NCBI GenBank assembly: GCA_040772485.1
Contig: JAXGYC010000007.1
Coordinates: 1,088,001 to 1,152,000 of the forward strand
From: Sedimentisphaerales bacterium
GTDB lineage: Bacteria; Planctomycetota; Phycisphaerae; Sedimentisphaerales; Anaerobacaceae
Reading direction: 5' to 3'
Length of the DNA: 64,000 bases
Part shown: positions 8,165-17,058 of the stretch, one piece after another
Numbering within the stretch: the first letter of the stretch is position 1
Layout: each line of letters begins with the position of its first letter
The notes under the pieces: generated by a model
Databases searched by the model: none
Seen by the model: the letters and a program-made list of their open reading frames with translations, nothing else
What the model was told of the DNA's origin: nothing
Program-made: the position numbers and the translations under genes

Positions 8165-9505
8165 TCAGACCAACGGGTCGCGTCCCGTGGCGACGGCATG
8201 GTACAGCGGCTTGCCCGCCAGCAGATCGGCCTGACTCGGAACGAGGCTCTGCTTCGACTCGTTCATCAACCAATCCCAGGTAACCACCTGGCCCGTGAAG
8301 GCGGCGATCCGCGCCCCGATTGCCGTCAGCGTGCTCTCGGCAATTCGCTGGCCTTCGTTGAGCACGTTGCCGCTGCGAATGCTCTGGATCAGGTCGATGT
8401 GCTCGCGCAGCATGCCGTCGACGTTCTCGCCCTGATAGGTCCAGGCATTCTGGCCGGTGATATTGTGGTTGCAGTCGCTGGTCCCCTTGGTGCCGACGAT
8501 CTTCTCGCCGTTGCGGCCGGTGCCGGGGCTGTGGCCGCTGAAGCTCAGGCAGCGGGCGCCGTTGGGATACTCGAACTCGGCGTAGATGTGGTCCCAGATG
8601 TCGCCGTTGAACTTCTCCCAACCGTCTTCGCTGCCGGTGAACTTGCGGCAGACCTCTTTGGCGGTGCGGACCTGGTCCTGGTTGGCGTCGCGCCACTGGC
8701 GACCGCCGACCGCCATGAACCTGGCGGGCGGACCGTTGAAACACCAGTTCAGCACGTCGATGTTGTGGATGTGCTGCTCGCAGATCTGGTCGCCGGAGAG
8801 CCAGGTGAAGTGATACCAGTTCTCGCACTGCCAGTCGAGCTCGCTCATGCCCTCGCTGGCGCCGCGGAACCAGATGCCTCCGCCGTACCAGTAGCACTGG
8901 CCGCCGACCAGCTCGCCGATCGCGCCGTCGTGGATACGTTTCATCAGCTCCATGCGGCTGAATTCGTGGCGGCGCTGCGTGCCGCAGACGATCGCCAGTC
9001 CCTTCTCCTTGGCCAGCTTCGAGGCCGCCATGACCTCCTTGCAGCCGGCCACGTCGGTCGCGACGGGCTTTTCCGTGAAGATGTGCTTGCCCGCCTTGAT
9101 CGCGGCCATCATCTGCCTTCCGCGGAAGGCCGGAGCGGTCGCCATCAGCAGCAGATCGGCCTCGCACTTGGCCAGCTTCTCGTAGCAGTCGTAGCCCCAG
9201 TACAGGTGATCGTCATCGATCTTGATGCGGCCCTGGTACTGCTCTTTCTTCATGAAGTTGTCGCGGGTCCCTCGCACCTTGCCCTCAAACAGGTCCGCCA
9301 TCGCGATCACCTCGATGCCGGGGTCGGCCTGAAGACACTGCTCGAGGGCGCCGTTGCCGCGCCCGCCGCAGCCCAGCAGGCCAACCTTGATCTTGCCGGT
9401 GCCCTGGGCATAGGCCATTCGACCGATCGAGGCGGCCGTCGCCACCACGCCGGCCGTCGCGACGTTCTTCCCCAATGTGCTCTTATCGTTATCTGACGAT
9501 GCCAT
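8165..9505 (-). CDS. Gfo/Idh/MocA family oxidoreductase
   Basis: VGLLGCGGRG Rossmann motif, HIFTEKPVA, GTQRRH, SGDQICEQHIHNIDV, SD AAGGAG. Confidence 0.92.
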   Translation of the reverse strand: MASSDNDKSTLGKNVATAGVVATAASIGRMAYAQGTGKIKVGLLGCGGRGNGALEQCLQADPGIEVIAMADLFEGKVRGTRDNFMKKEQYQGRIKIDDDHLYWGYDCYEKLAKCEADLLLMATAPAFRGRQMMAAIKAGKHIFTEKPVATDVAGCKEVMAASKLAKEKGLAIVCGTQRRHEFSRMELMKRIHDGAIGELVGGQCYWYGGGIWFRGASEGMSELDWQCENWYHFTWLSGDQICEQHIHNIDVLNWCFNGPPARFMAVGGRQWRDANQDQVRTAKEVCRKFTGSEDGWEKFNGDIWDHIYAEFEYPNGARCLSFSGHSPGTGRNGEKIVGTKGTSDCNHNITGQNAWTYQGENVDGMLREHIDLIQSIRSGNVLNEGQRIAESTLTAIGARIAAFTGQVVTWDWLMNESKQSLVPSQADLLAGKPLYHAVATGRDPLV

Positions 9506-9554
9506 ATCAGCTATCTCCTTCGTTCGATCTCTTCGCGTTCTCGTCTCACATGGA

Positions 9555-10847
9555 TCAGCCGCGATTGCGGCGTCCCTGCTGCGTCCAGCCGGCCAACTCG
9601 TACTGGCCGGGGATCGCCACCGCAGGCACGGGCTTGGAATCGCTCAGCTTCAGATCGGCCGCAGGGAGCAGATCCAGCGTGCACCGGCTCGTGAACCAAG
9701 ACGTCTTGAACTGCTGGCGGCTGTACGCCGACTCGCGACCCATGATCGCGCAGAGCGTGCTGTTGGCGATGCGCTTGCCTTCGTTGAGCGGCTTGCCGTC
9801 GCGGATGCTCTTGATCAGGTCCGTGTGCTCCTGGACGTAGGCGTCGCTGCGCGGTCCTCGGTATCGCCAGCGATTCTCGCCCTCGATCCGGCCGCAGCAA
9901 TCCGTCCAACCCTTGGTGCCCACGACGCGCTCACTGACGTTGCCGGCCGTCCCTTCGATCTGGCGGCACGTGCTGATCGTCCGCACGTCGTTCGGATAGG
10001 TGAACTCGACGCCGAAGTGGTCGAAAATATGGCCATACTCTTCGCCCGTGCGGAACTGCCGGCCGCCGATGCCATGCACCGTCTCGGGAAGCACGTCGCC
10101 GAAGGCCCAATTGACCACGTCGATGTTGTGAACGTGCTGCTCGCAGATGTGATCGCCCGACAGCCACGTGAAGTAGAGCCAGTTGCGAATCTGCCATTCG
10201 ACGTCGCTCTCGCCCGCCTCGCGGTTGTGACACCAGAGCCCGCCCATGTTCCAGTAGCACTGGGCCGAAACGATCTCGCCGATCGCGCCGTCGAGCACGC
10301 GTTTCATCGTCTCGACGTACTCGTTCTGGTGGCGCCGCTGCGTGCCGGCGACGATGCCGAGGCCCTTCTGCTCGGCCAGTTCGGAGGCCTCGATCACCAT
10401 CTTGATGCCGGCCGGACAGACCGCCACGGGTTTTTCCATGAACACGTGTTTGCCCTGTCGAATGGCCTCGGCCAGTTGGACAGGCCGGAAGCCCGGAGGC
10501 GTCGCCAGGATCACGAGGTTGACGTCGTCCAGCGCCATCACCTTCTTGTAGGCGTCCAGGCCGACGAAGCAGCGATCCTCGGGCACTTTGAAGTCACCCT
10601 TGAGTTTCTCGATCCGGTCGGCGAAGGTGTCCGCCAGCGCGACGATCTGTACGCCGGCGGAGGACTCGACGCAGTTGTGGGCGGCGCCGGAGCCTCGTCC
10701 GCCGCAGCCGACCACGCCGACCCGTATCGTGTCACTGCCCTGGGCGTACGCGAGAGGCCCGGGCGCTCCCGTCAGGACCAGAGTTCCGGCCGCAACGGCC
10801 GAACTCCTCAGGAGTTCTCGTCGTGTCAACTTCTGCTTGTGCGTCAT
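9555..10847 (-). CDS. Tat-exported Gfo/Idh/MocA family oxidoreductase
   Basis: TRRELL twin-Arg signal, GVVGCGGRG, HVFMEKPVA, SGDHICEQHVHNIDV. Confidence 0.92.
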   Translation of the reverse strand: MTHKQKLTRRELLRSSAVAAGTLVLTGAPGPLAYAQGSDTIRVGVVGCGGRGSGAAHNCVESSAGVQIVALADTFADRIEKLKGDFKVPEDRCFVGLDAYKKVMALDDVNLVILATPPGFRPVQLAEAIRQGKHVFMEKPVAVCPAGIKMVIEASELAEQKGLGIVAGTQRRHQNEYVETMKRVLDGAIGEIVSAQCYWNMGGLWCHNREAGESDVEWQIRNWLYFTWLSGDHICEQHVHNIDVVNWAFGDVLPETVHGIGGRQFRTGEEYGHIFDHFGVEFTYPNDVRTISTCRQIEGTAGNVSERVVGTKGWTDCCGRIEGENRWRYRGPRSDAYVQEHTDLIKSIRDGKPLNEGKRIANSTLCAIMGRESAYSRQQFKTSWFTSRCTLDLLPAADLKLSDSKPVPAVAIPGQYELAGWTQQGRRNRG

Positions 10848-11181
10848 GCTCGGTTCTCCAAACTCGATGTTAGTGCTCGGTTTGCAGGTTCAGGACCAAC
10901 CGTACTCTCCGTAAGACGTGTTTCAATGGCAGATTATTGGCAGTTAACCACGTTCAGGCCGGCATCGCAAGCAAGTTTTGGGTCATAGCGGCCCATTTGC
11001 CCCCCCGCACAACCGCCCTGCCACTGTAACGGAGGCCGCCGTCGTGGCAAAACGGCCGCTCGTTGCTTGAATCGAAGGCTCCAAACCGATAAGATAACCG
11101 ATTCGTCCCACCGAATGGGGGCGAGATCAGGTCCCGGCCGGCCGCGTACGGCACGGCATCGACCCATTGGATTGGCGATAG

Positions 11182-13143
11182 ATGGCCATCGTTACCCTAC
11201 AAGACGTCCACAAAGCCTTTGGCTCGGAGGTCGTGCTCGACCAACTGACCGTGGCGTTCCACCCGGGCGAGAAGGTCGGCATGGTCGGCCCGAACGGCTC
11301 GGGCAAGAGCACCATCCTCAAGCTCATCACAGGGGCCATCCAGCCCGATATGGGCCGCGTCATCAGGCAGAAGGGCCTTCGCGTCGGCTACCTGCCGCAG
11401 GAAGCCACCTTCAGCGGCCTACGGACCGTGATGGAGGAGATGCACGCCGGCGTCGACCACCTGCTGAAGCTCCAGACCAGCATCCATACCGTTTCCCAGG
11501 AGATGGAAAGCCTGACCGGGTCGGCCCTCCAGGCCAAGATGGCTCAGTACGACCGTCTGTGCCGCAATTTCGAGCTGGCCGGAGGCTACGAATACGAGAT
11601 TCGCATCAACGCGACCCTGGCGGCGATGGGCTTCGAGCCCGAGCTGCACCACGCCAGGACCACGGCGCTGAGCGGCGGACAGCTCTCGCGGCTCGGACTC
11701 GCCCAGGTCCTGATGCTCGAAACCGACCTGCTGCTGCTGGATGAGCCGACCAACCACCTCGACCTCCAGGCCACCGAGTGGCTGGAGCGATTCCTGGCGA
11801 CTTATCGGGGGGCCGCGATCGTCATCAGCCACGACCGCTATCTGCTCGACAAGGTCGTCTGCAAGATCGTTGAGGTGGAGAACCGCAAGGCCCAGGTCTG
11901 GAACGGCAGCTATGGAACCTACACGCAGACCAGGGAGACCGTGCGGCTCCAGCAGGAGCGGGAGCACGCCAAACGCGTCGAGATGGTTGAAAAGACGCTC
12001 GACTTCATCGCCCGCAACAAGGACCAGGAAGGCATGCGCGGCACGGCCCGAGGCCGCAAAACCCGCCTGAAGCGTCTGCTCAAGGAAAACCCCGATTTCC
12101 TGGAAAAGCCGACGGACCAGAAGACGATCAGCTTCTCGTTCCGCAAGACCGGCCACACCAGCGACATCGTCCTGCGATGCGAGCACCTGCGCAAGTCGTT
12201 CGGCGACCTGACGCTGTTCGAGGACCTGACCTTCGACATCCTTCGCGGCGAGCGACTGGGCATCACTGGTCCAAACGGCACCGGCAAGAGCACGCTCGTG
12301 AAGCTGGCCCTCGGTCAGATCGAGCCGTCGGCGGGCACGATTCGTGTCGGCGCCAGCCTGCGCGTCGGCTACCTCGATCAGCATGGGGATATTCTCGACT
12401 CGGGCAAGACCGTGCTGGAGGAGGCGCGAAGCGTCCGGCCGGACCTGACCGCCGAGCAGGTCCGCAGCCGCCTGGGCGCCTTCCTCTTCTCGGGCGACGA
12501 CGTGTTCAAGCAGTGCGGCGACCTCAGCGGAGGGCAGCGCAACCGCCTGATGCTCTGCAAGCTCGTGCTGACCGAGCCGGATGTGCTGGTCATGGACGAG
12601 CCCACCAACCACCTCGACATCGCCAGCCGCGAGATGCTCGAAACCGCGCTCGACGATTACGCCGGGACGATCGTCGTGGTCAGCCACGACCGCTACTTCC
12701 TTGACCACGTCGTCGACAGGCTCCTGGTCGTCGGAACGGACAAACTGGGCAATCGGAGCCTGGGCCAGACCGAATTCGTCGTCGGCGAGCCTGCCTATTC
12801 GGTCTACGCCTCTCTGGTCCGCCAACGCAACGAGGCCGAGCAGCAGGCCAAACGAACCGGCAAGGACGCCCCGCGCAAAGGTCGTGCCTCCGGCAGCCCA
12901 AACAACGACAAGCCCCGCACGACGACACCCGAGGAGCTCAAGCGATTCAACAAGTACTCGGCCGAGCAGATCGAGGAGATGATTCTCGAACTGGAACACG
13001 AGATCGAACAGATGAAGGAACGGTTCGGCGACGCGGACATCTACAAGAACCCCGATCACATCGGGCAGCTCCAGCGCGACTACGAGGCCAAGACCGCCGA
13101 GCTCGACCTGCTCTACCGTGCCTACGACCGCCGCATAGGGTAG
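11182..13143 (+). CDS. ABC-F family ATP-binding protein (Uup/YheS-like)
   Basis: Two ABC domains (GPNGSGKST and GPNGTGKST, LSGGQ, LDEPTNHLD), no TM segments, C-terminal coiled coil. Confidence 0.95.
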   Translation: MAIVTLQDVHKAFGSEVVLDQLTVAFHPGEKVGMVGPNGSGKSTILKLITGAIQPDMGRVIRQKGLRVGYLPQEATFSGLRTVMEEMHAGVDHLLKLQTSIHTVSQEMESLTGSALQAKMAQYDRLCRNFELAGGYEYEIRINATLAAMGFEPELHHARTTALSGGQLSRLGLAQVLMLETDLLLLDEPTNHLDLQATEWLERFLATYRGAAIVISHDRYLLDKVVCKIVEVENRKAQVWNGSYGTYTQTRETVRLQQEREHAKRVEMVEKTLDFIARNKDQEGMRGTARGRKTRLKRLLKENPDFLEKPTDQKTISFSFRKTGHTSDIVLRCEHLRKSFGDLTLFEDLTFDILRGERLGITGPNGTGKSTLVKLALGQIEPSAGTIRVGASLRVGYLDQHGDILDSGKTVLEEARSVRPDLTAEQVRSRLGAFLFSGDDVFKQCGDLSGGQRNRLMLCKLVLTEPDVLVMDEPTNHLDIASREMLETALDDYAGTIVVVSHDRYFLDHVVDRLLVVGTDKLGNRSLGQTEFVVGEPAYSVYASLVRQRNEAEQQAKRTGKDAPRKGRASGSPNNDKPRTTTPEELKRFNKYSAEQIEEMILELEHEIEQMKERFGDADIYKNPDHIGQLQRDYEAKTAELDLLYRAYDRRIG

Positions 13144-13284
13144 TCCACCAGCGAGTCCGCCCATGTGCGCGTCAAGGCGCTGGCATTCTGATCCGCAGAT
13201 CGGTATCATGCTGGCTTCCTGCCTGCGACGACCGCGGTCGCGGACGGATGGTGACACTGGCCGGGATGAATAAGGAGAAAGAAC

Positions 13285-14085
13285 ATGACGCAATCTGGTT
13301 CAACGAAGGGTACTACCACGCGGCGTGAATTCATCGGCAGGACGGCGGCGACGACTGCCGTCACATTGGCCGCCTCATCGCTTCTGTCTTCGGCAGGCTG
13401 CTCCAGCTCGACGGCACGGCTGGCTGGCAGGAAAGGCGGACGGATCGAAGCCGGCAACGTCGTCCTGTTCCAGGGCGACTCGATCACGGACGCCGGGCGC
13501 GATCGGCAGCGCGAGGGCAGTGCCAACGACATCCGAGCGTTGGGGAGCGGCTACGCCCTCTTGGCCGGCGCCGCCCTGCTGGCCAACCATGCCGAGGCGA
13601 AGCTGACGATCTACAATCGCGGCATCAGCGGACACAAGGTGTTCCAACTCGCCGAACGATGGGACAAGGACTGCATCGCCCTGAAACCCGATGTCGTCAG
13701 CATCCTGATCGGCGTCAACGACATCTGGCACAAGCTTGACGGCCGATACGATGGCACCATCGAGGTCTACGAGCGGGACTATCGCGCCCTTCTCGAACGA
13801 ACCAAACGAGAACTCCCGGGCGTGAAGCTGGTGATCTGCGAGCCGTTTGTGCTCCGCTGCGGCGCGGTCAACGAGAAGTGGTTCCCCGATTTTGACGGCT
13901 ATCGGGCGGCGGCCAAACGCGTCGCGGGCGCGTTCGATGCCGTGTTCATCCCGTTCCAGACGATGTTCGACGAGGCGGTGCGAACGACGACACCGGCCTA
14001 CTGGGCCGGTGACGGCGTACACCCCACCCTCGCCGGGGCCGCCCTGATGGCCCGGACCTGGCTCCAGGCCGTCTCGACAATCTGA
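13285..14085 (+). CDS. Tat-exported SGNH/GDSL hydrolase
   Basis: TRREFIG signal, FQGDSITD, NRGISG, LIGVND, GDGVHP. Confidence 0.92.
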   Translation: MTQSGSTKGTTTRREFIGRTAATTAVTLAASSLLSSAGCSSSTARLAGRKGGRIEAGNVVLFQGDSITDAGRDRQREGSANDIRALGSGYALLAGAALLANHAEAKLTIYNRGISGHKVFQLAERWDKDCIALKPDVVSILIGVNDIWHKLDGRYDGTIEVYERDYRALLERTKRELPGVKLVICEPFVLRCGAVNEKWFPDFDGYRAAAKRVAGAFDAVFIPFQTMFDEAVRTTTPAYWAGDGVHPTLAGAALMARTWLQAVSTI

Positions 14086-14169
14086 CCACAGGAAAACCCG
14101 GCCAGAATTGACCCTCCATCGCCTCGAAAATGGTGTATGGTTTAGATAGCAGGAAATGGAGGGTCGGTC

Positions 14170-14550
14170 ATGAGCCAACGATCACGCACTCCGTCCGTGG
14201 TGACGCCGCTTTCGCCCTGGGACAGGCTCTGGTCCGGCTGCGAGCCGCAGGATTCTCGGACCGTGCGGAAGCGGTCACTGGCCGGGGTCATCCCCTCTGC
14301 GATCGTGCTGCTGTCGATGTCGATCGTCACCGTCGTCGCCATCGTGGGCATCGTGACCGCTGTGGCCGGCACGGAACAGATGCAAAGCTCCGACGGCAAC
14401 TTGCCACGGTGGAGTTCGAGCCCGGAACTCCGATTCGGCGACAACGGCGTCGGACCATCAAGCTACACCACGATCGTCGAAGGTCAGATGATCGAGCTGG
14501 CCATCGATGGAGAGTATGCCGATACGGCGTTCGCCGCGCCGGAGCCATAG
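14170..14550 (+). CDS. Hypothetical single-pass membrane protein
   Basis: SD GGAGGG, one long hydrophobic helix, fills the gap convergent with pyk. Confidence 0.55.
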   Translation: MSQRSRTPSVVTPLSPWDRLWSGCEPQDSRTVRKRSLAGVIPSAIVLLSMSIVTVVAIVGIVTAVAGTEQMQSSDGNLPRWSSSPELRFGDNGVGPSSYTTIVEGQMIELAIDGEYADTAFAAPEP

Positions 14551-14575
14551 ACAGCAGGCCGCCATCGATCGCCGA

Positions 14576-15610
14576 TCAGTGCAGGGAGGCCCTCGCCTTC
14601 TCGGTGAACTTGATGATCGCGTTCATCATGGCAACCGACTCGGACGGAAATTTCCCCGCCGCGGTCTCGCCCGACAGCATGACGTAATCGGTTCCATCGA
14701 GAATGGCGTTCGCCACGTCGGCGACCTCGGCACGCGTGGGCCGGCTGTGTTCGGTCATGTGCTCGAGCATCTGCGTCGCCGTGATCACAAACTTGCCCGC
14801 CTCGTTGCACTTGCGGATGATGCGCTTCTGGACGATGGGGACCTCGTAGATGGGGATCGCCACGCCCATGTCACCTCGCGCGATCATGATGCCGTCGGCC
14901 GCGTCGATGATCGAGTCGATATTGTCGATGGCCTGGCGGTTTTCGATCTTGGCGACGATGCGGCACTTCGGCAGGGGCGGCTTGACGATCTCGGCCACTT
15001 CGCGAACGTCTGCGGCGTTCCGCACGAACGACAGCGAGACGAAATCGACGTGGCGCGCGATGCCGAAGCGCAGATCTCGCTTGTCCTTGTCCGTCATGGC
15101 GCCGAAGGCCAGGTCGGCGCCGGGCATGTTAATTCCCTTGCGCTCCTTCAGAATCCCCCCTTCCACCACGACGGCCTTGAGGCTCGTCGCCGAGCTTTCA
15201 TTGACGCGCAAAATCAGATTGCCGTCATCGATGAAGACAAGCTGGCCCCGCTTAATTCGAGTCAAATCGCCCGCATAGTCGAACGGAATGGTCTTGTGAC
15301 CCGAGGCCGTCTCGTCGTTGGTCAGCCAGACAACGGACTGATTCTTCAGTTCCCGCGTCTTGCTGCCGTGGAACCGCCCCACGCGGATGCGAAACCCCTT
15401 CAGGTCTTGCATGATGCGGATGTGACGGCGGTACCTGGCGTTGAGCCGGCAGACCAGCTCGATGGACTCGCCATGCTGCGCATGGGTGCCGTGCGAGAAA
15501 TTCAGGCGGACCACGTCGAGCCCCGCCATGAACATCTTCCGCAACACCGACGCGTTGGCGCTGGCGGGTCCCAACGTTGCGATGATCTTGGTCTTGGGCA
15601 TCGGCTTCAT
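14576..15610 (-). CDS. pyk: Pyruvate kinase (short form, lacks C-terminal domain)
   Basis: [62 protein letters not shown]. Confidence 0.95.
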   Translation of the reverse strand: MKPMPKTKIIATLGPASANASVLRKMFMAGLDVVRLNFSHGTHAQHGESIELVCRLNARYRRHIRIMQDLKGFRIRVGRFHGSKTRELKNQSVVWLTNDETASGHKTIPFDYAGDLTRIKRGQLVFIDDGNLILRVNESSATSLKAVVVEGGILKERKGINMPGADLAFGAMTDKDKRDLRFGIARHVDFVSLSFVRNAADVREVAEIVKPPLPKCRIVAKIENRQAIDNIDSIIDAADGIMIARGDMGVAIPIYEVPIVQKRIIRKCNEAGKFVITATQMLEHMTEHSRPTRAEVADVANAILDGTDYVMLSGETAAGKFPSESVAMMNAIIKFTEKARASLH

Positions 15611-15784
15611 GCTCCTTTCCGGCGGTTGTGCATCTTCTCAATCGAAAGCGTCAGTCTACCGCCGACGGCGTCGTACAATCAACCAAATATCCTTTTGACC
15701 GGGCGGGAGATGTGGTAATCTGCCTCGCGTGCGCAGCAAGAGTGTTGGCAAGTGACCCCATGAGAGGCACGGGAGAAACCGGGC

Positions 15785-16456
15785 ATGCAGGTTGTCGTCA
15801 TCATTGGAGTCATTGCCCTGATCGTCGTCGGGGCGATCATGGGACATGCGGCCGCCAAGAGACGCCGGGAGGAGATGCTCGCCATAGCGGCCCGGCTGGG
15901 TCTGCACTTCGACCCGGGCAAGGATCGGGACCTTGCCCGTCGCTTCGAGTTCCTCGACAAACTCCGTCAAGGCTCCAATCGCTACGCGTTCAACATCCTG
16001 ACCGGCCGCTACCAGGACCACGACGTCACGGTCTTCGACTACCACTGCGAGACGCATTCCAGCGATTCGAAGGGCCACACACAAACACACCATCACTACT
16101 TTTCGCTTTTCCTGCTGCGCCTGCCGGCGTCGTTTCCGGAATTGACCATCGGGCCGGAAGGGTTCTTCTCGAAGATCGCCCAGGCCATCGGTTACGATGA
16201 CATCGATTTCGAGTCGCACGAGTTCAGCCGCGTGTTCTGCGTCCGCTCGAAGGACAAGAAGTTCGCATACGATGTGTGCAACGCGAAGATGATCGAGTAC
16301 CTCCTGGCCCATCGCGACCTGACAATCGAGATGGAGCGGGATGCGCTGGCGATCTCGTTCAACCGCAGGCTGAAACCCGAGCAGATCGAACCCAATCTAC
16401 AGAGACTGATCCAGGTCCGTTCGTCGCTGCCCGAATACCTGTTTGTACGGAGCTGA
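15785..16456 (+). CDS. Membrane-anchored hypothetical protein (DUF3137-like), upstream of lemA
   Basis: N-terminal TM, DIDFESHEFSRVFCV segment, 2-nt gap to lemA. Confidence 0.75.
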   Translation: MQVVVIIGVIALIVVGAIMGHAAAKRRREEMLAIAARLGLHFDPGKDRDLARRFEFLDKLRQGSNRYAFNILTGRYQDHDVTVFDYHCETHSSDSKGHTQTHHHYFSLFLLRLPASFPELTIGPEGFFSKIAQAIGYDDIDFESHEFSRVFCVRSKDKKFAYDVCNAKMIEYLLAHRDLTIEMERDALAISFNRRLKPEQIEPNLQRLIQVRSSLPEYLFVRS

Positions 16457-16458
16457 CT

Positions 16459-17022
16459 ATGTGGGTGCCGTTTGCCGTTCTCGCCGCCGTCGTCCTGCTG
16501 CCGATCCTGTACGTGGTGCTGACGTACAACACGCTGGTCGCCCTGCGCAACCATATTCGCGACGCGTGGGCCAACATCGATACGGAGCTGAAGCGCCGCT
16601 ATGAGCTGATTCCGAATCTCGTCGCGACGGTCAAGGGCTACGCCGCTCACGAGAAGGAGATTTTCGAGCGCGTCACGCAACTGCGGGCGCAGTGCATGGC
16701 CAGCCAGGGCCGTCCGAATCAGCAGGCCGTCGACGAGAATCAACTGGTGGCGGCCTTGCAGAAGCTGATGCTGGTCGTCGAGAACTATCCGCAACTGAAA
16801 GCGGACCGGAACTTCCTCGAACTCCAGAAGGAGCTGGTCAACACGGAGGACCGCATCCAGGCGGCCCGGCGATTCTTCAACGGCAACGTCCGCGACTACC
16901 GCAACAAGTGTGAAACGTTCCCCAGCAGTCTCATCGCGGGGGCCTTCGGCTTCCAGCCGGAAGACTACTTCCACGTCGATCCGGCCGTCCGCGAAGTACC
17001 CAGCGCCGAGTTCGACCGGTGA
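16459..17022 (+). CDS. lemA: LemA family protein
   Basis: YNTLV.LRN...AWANIDTELKRRYELIPNLVATVKGYAAHE, ENYPQLKA, TEDRIQAARRFFN. Confidence 0.93.
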   Translation: MWVPFAVLAAVVLLPILYVVLTYNTLVALRNHIRDAWANIDTELKRRYELIPNLVATVKGYAAHEKEIFERVTQLRAQCMASQGRPNQQAVDENQLVAALQKLMLVVENYPQLKADRNFLELQKELVNTEDRIQAARRFFNGNVRDYRNKCETFPSSLIAGAFGFQPEDYFHVDPAVREVPSAEFDR

Positions 17023-17058
17023 GACGCCCAAGCCGGAGACGGATCGCCGACAAAGCCC

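Noticed and set aside
14327..14575. Remnant of the pyruvate kinase C domain by readthrough or frameshift
   Set aside because: The in-frame continuation is not PK-like. The faint SGAANAVSAYSP resemblance in another frame is too weak and is antisense to a plausible gene.
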